A stretch of 64,000 nucleotides of DNA, taken from Colwellia sp. (lineage in GTDB: Bacteria; Pseudomonadota; Gammaproteobacteria; Enterobacterales; Alteromonadaceae). Shown here piece by piece: positions 62,988 through 64,000 of this stretch. The position numbers and the translations under genes are program-made. Position 1 is the first letter of the stretch. Each line of letters begins with the position of its first letter. Below the pieces are notes generated by a model. The model saw only the letters and a list, made by a program, of their open reading frames with translations. It was not told the origin of the DNA and searched no databases. The stretch lies in assembly GCA_016745015.1 (NCBI GenBank), contig JADGDH010000001.1, positions 6,602 to 70,601 on the forward strand, written 5' to 3'.

Positions 62988-63156
62988 GAAAATATTGCAT
63001 TTTCACTTATCTACAACAGGTACAACAGCACAATTAACCATTTGTTTTTTATATATTTATCACCTAATCAATACAACCAAACAAATTACGGTTAGCCGTG
63101 CATATATACTTTTCTATTGTTTATTTAAGTCTATAATTCCTGTCAGTTTTGTGGGC

Positions 63157-63180
63157 AAAAAAAAACGCCCGAAGACGCTT
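63157..63180 (-). terminator. Intrinsic terminator with C(UUCG)G tetraloop after the TPR gene
   Basis: Minus strand AAGCGTC-TTCG-GGCGTTT followed by a T run. Confidence 0.8.
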
Positions 63181-63206
63181 AATTAAGTAGAGTAATTTCA
63201 ATTAAA

Positions 63207-64000
63207 TTAGTTAATGCTAACTAGGCTTACTTGCTGATACCTTTGAAAATCTTCTTGTTCACGCTTAACATATTTAGTCCATTGTTGAGCTGTTTTTTTA
63301 ATCTTTGGTAACTTTTCTGCTTTCACAAAAGCTGAGAGCGAATCCTTAAAATGTTTTAAATTAAAGTTTGCCATACCTTTTGCAAGATACATGTTACCTA
63401 AATAAGATGCCGAGTTATCACCATTACTCTTTACAATAGCTGTATCAGCATAGAAAATAGCTTGTTTCCATTGCTCTGTATTTAAGTAAGTTTGTGACAA
63501 TAATGCATCATACTTGCCATGTTCAACGATTTTTGATAACTCTTTTAACACGTTAATCGCTTTGCCTGATTCTTTTGCACCAAGGTACGCTCGGGCAAGC
63601 AAGTCTAGACTTTGTTCTATTGGAACGACAGTACCAACTGCAATGGCATCGTTTAATAATTCAGCCGCTTTAAAAGGAGCACCGTGGAATTGATATAATT
63701 GTGCGAGTGTTATGATCTCGCTTGATTTAGTAATGTAACCCGCTTGATATGCTGCTTCCATTACTGCTATTTGCTTATTTTCTTCGCCCACTTCACCGTA
63801 CATACCCGCAAGTTGCAACCAATATTGAGGCTTGCTGTACAAGCGTACAAGTTGCTCCATTACCTTAGTTACTTTTTTAGGCTGATTTAGTTCATAATGA
63901 GTTGCGCGTTGTAAAACAAGCCAATTTTCTTTTGGTAACTTATCTTTTTCTTTCGCTGTACTTATTGCATTTTCAATGTGCATTAAGCAATCAACATACT
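63207..64000 (-). CDS. TPR-repeat protein (3' part; open to the window end), of the type often found at the end of tonB-exbBD operons
   Basis: The frame stays open upstream of the ORF-track ATG at 63983 (YVDCL) to base 64000. TPR helices such as YWLQLAGMYGEVG and YLAKGMANFNL. The tonB association is inference only. Confidence 0.75.
   Translation of the reverse strand, partial: YVDCLMHIENAISTAKEKDKLPKENWLVLQRATHYELNQPKKVTKVMEQLVRLYSKPQYWLQLAGMYGEVGEENKQIAVMEAAYQAGYITKSSEIITLAQLYQFHGAPFKAAELLNDAIAVGTVVPIEQSLDLLARAYLGAKESGKAINVLKELSKIVEHGKYDALLSQTYLNTEQWKQAIFYADTAIVKSNGDNSASYLGNMYLAKGMANFNLKHFKDSLSAFVKAEKLPKIKKTAQQWTKYVKREQEDFQRYQQVSLVSIN

Noticed and set aside
1-64000. tRNA, rRNA, CRISPR arrays, IS elements, prophage or defence genes
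   Set aside because: None seen: no regularly spaced repeats, transposase or integrase ORFs, or terminal inverted repeats, and no obvious compositional island by eye

Overview
AT-rich bacterial chromosome window with mostly core genes. Gene content and protein style suggest Colwelliaceae (Colwellia/Thalassotalea-like Alteromonadales); this is inferred, not verified by a database search. In order, it contains: the TCA cluster gltA / sdhCDAB-sucAB-sucC(partial); tcdA converging on a CsdA-CsdE fusion; rimP-nusA-infB-rbfA-truB-rpsO-pnp-nlpI plus a Sel1/HEXXH gene; a degenerate GGDEF-EAL gene followed by rsxABCDGE-nth; an acyl-CoA dehydrogenase with a FadR-like box; an ECF sigma / FecR / TonB-dependent transducer module; zwf-pgl-edd-eda and pyk; glrK-qseG-glrR-gabD divergent from a sigma54 promoter driving a secreted EF-hand protein; acs; a Pho-box-preceded TBDR / AP-superfamily / PhoD operon; and a partial TPR gene. 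I saw no tRNA, rRNA, CRISPR array, IS or prophage. The most notable observations are (1) a TonB transducer with a second RBS, ATG and signal peptide in frame directly after its STN signalling domain, suggesting two isoforms from one gene; (2) a complete GlrR/IHF/sigma54 promoter driving an EF-hand protein where enterobacteria have the GlmY sRNA; (3) the Pho-box operon; (4) the CsdA-CsdE fusion; and (5) a terminator/antiterminator pair in the rimP leader. All motif calls were made by eye.
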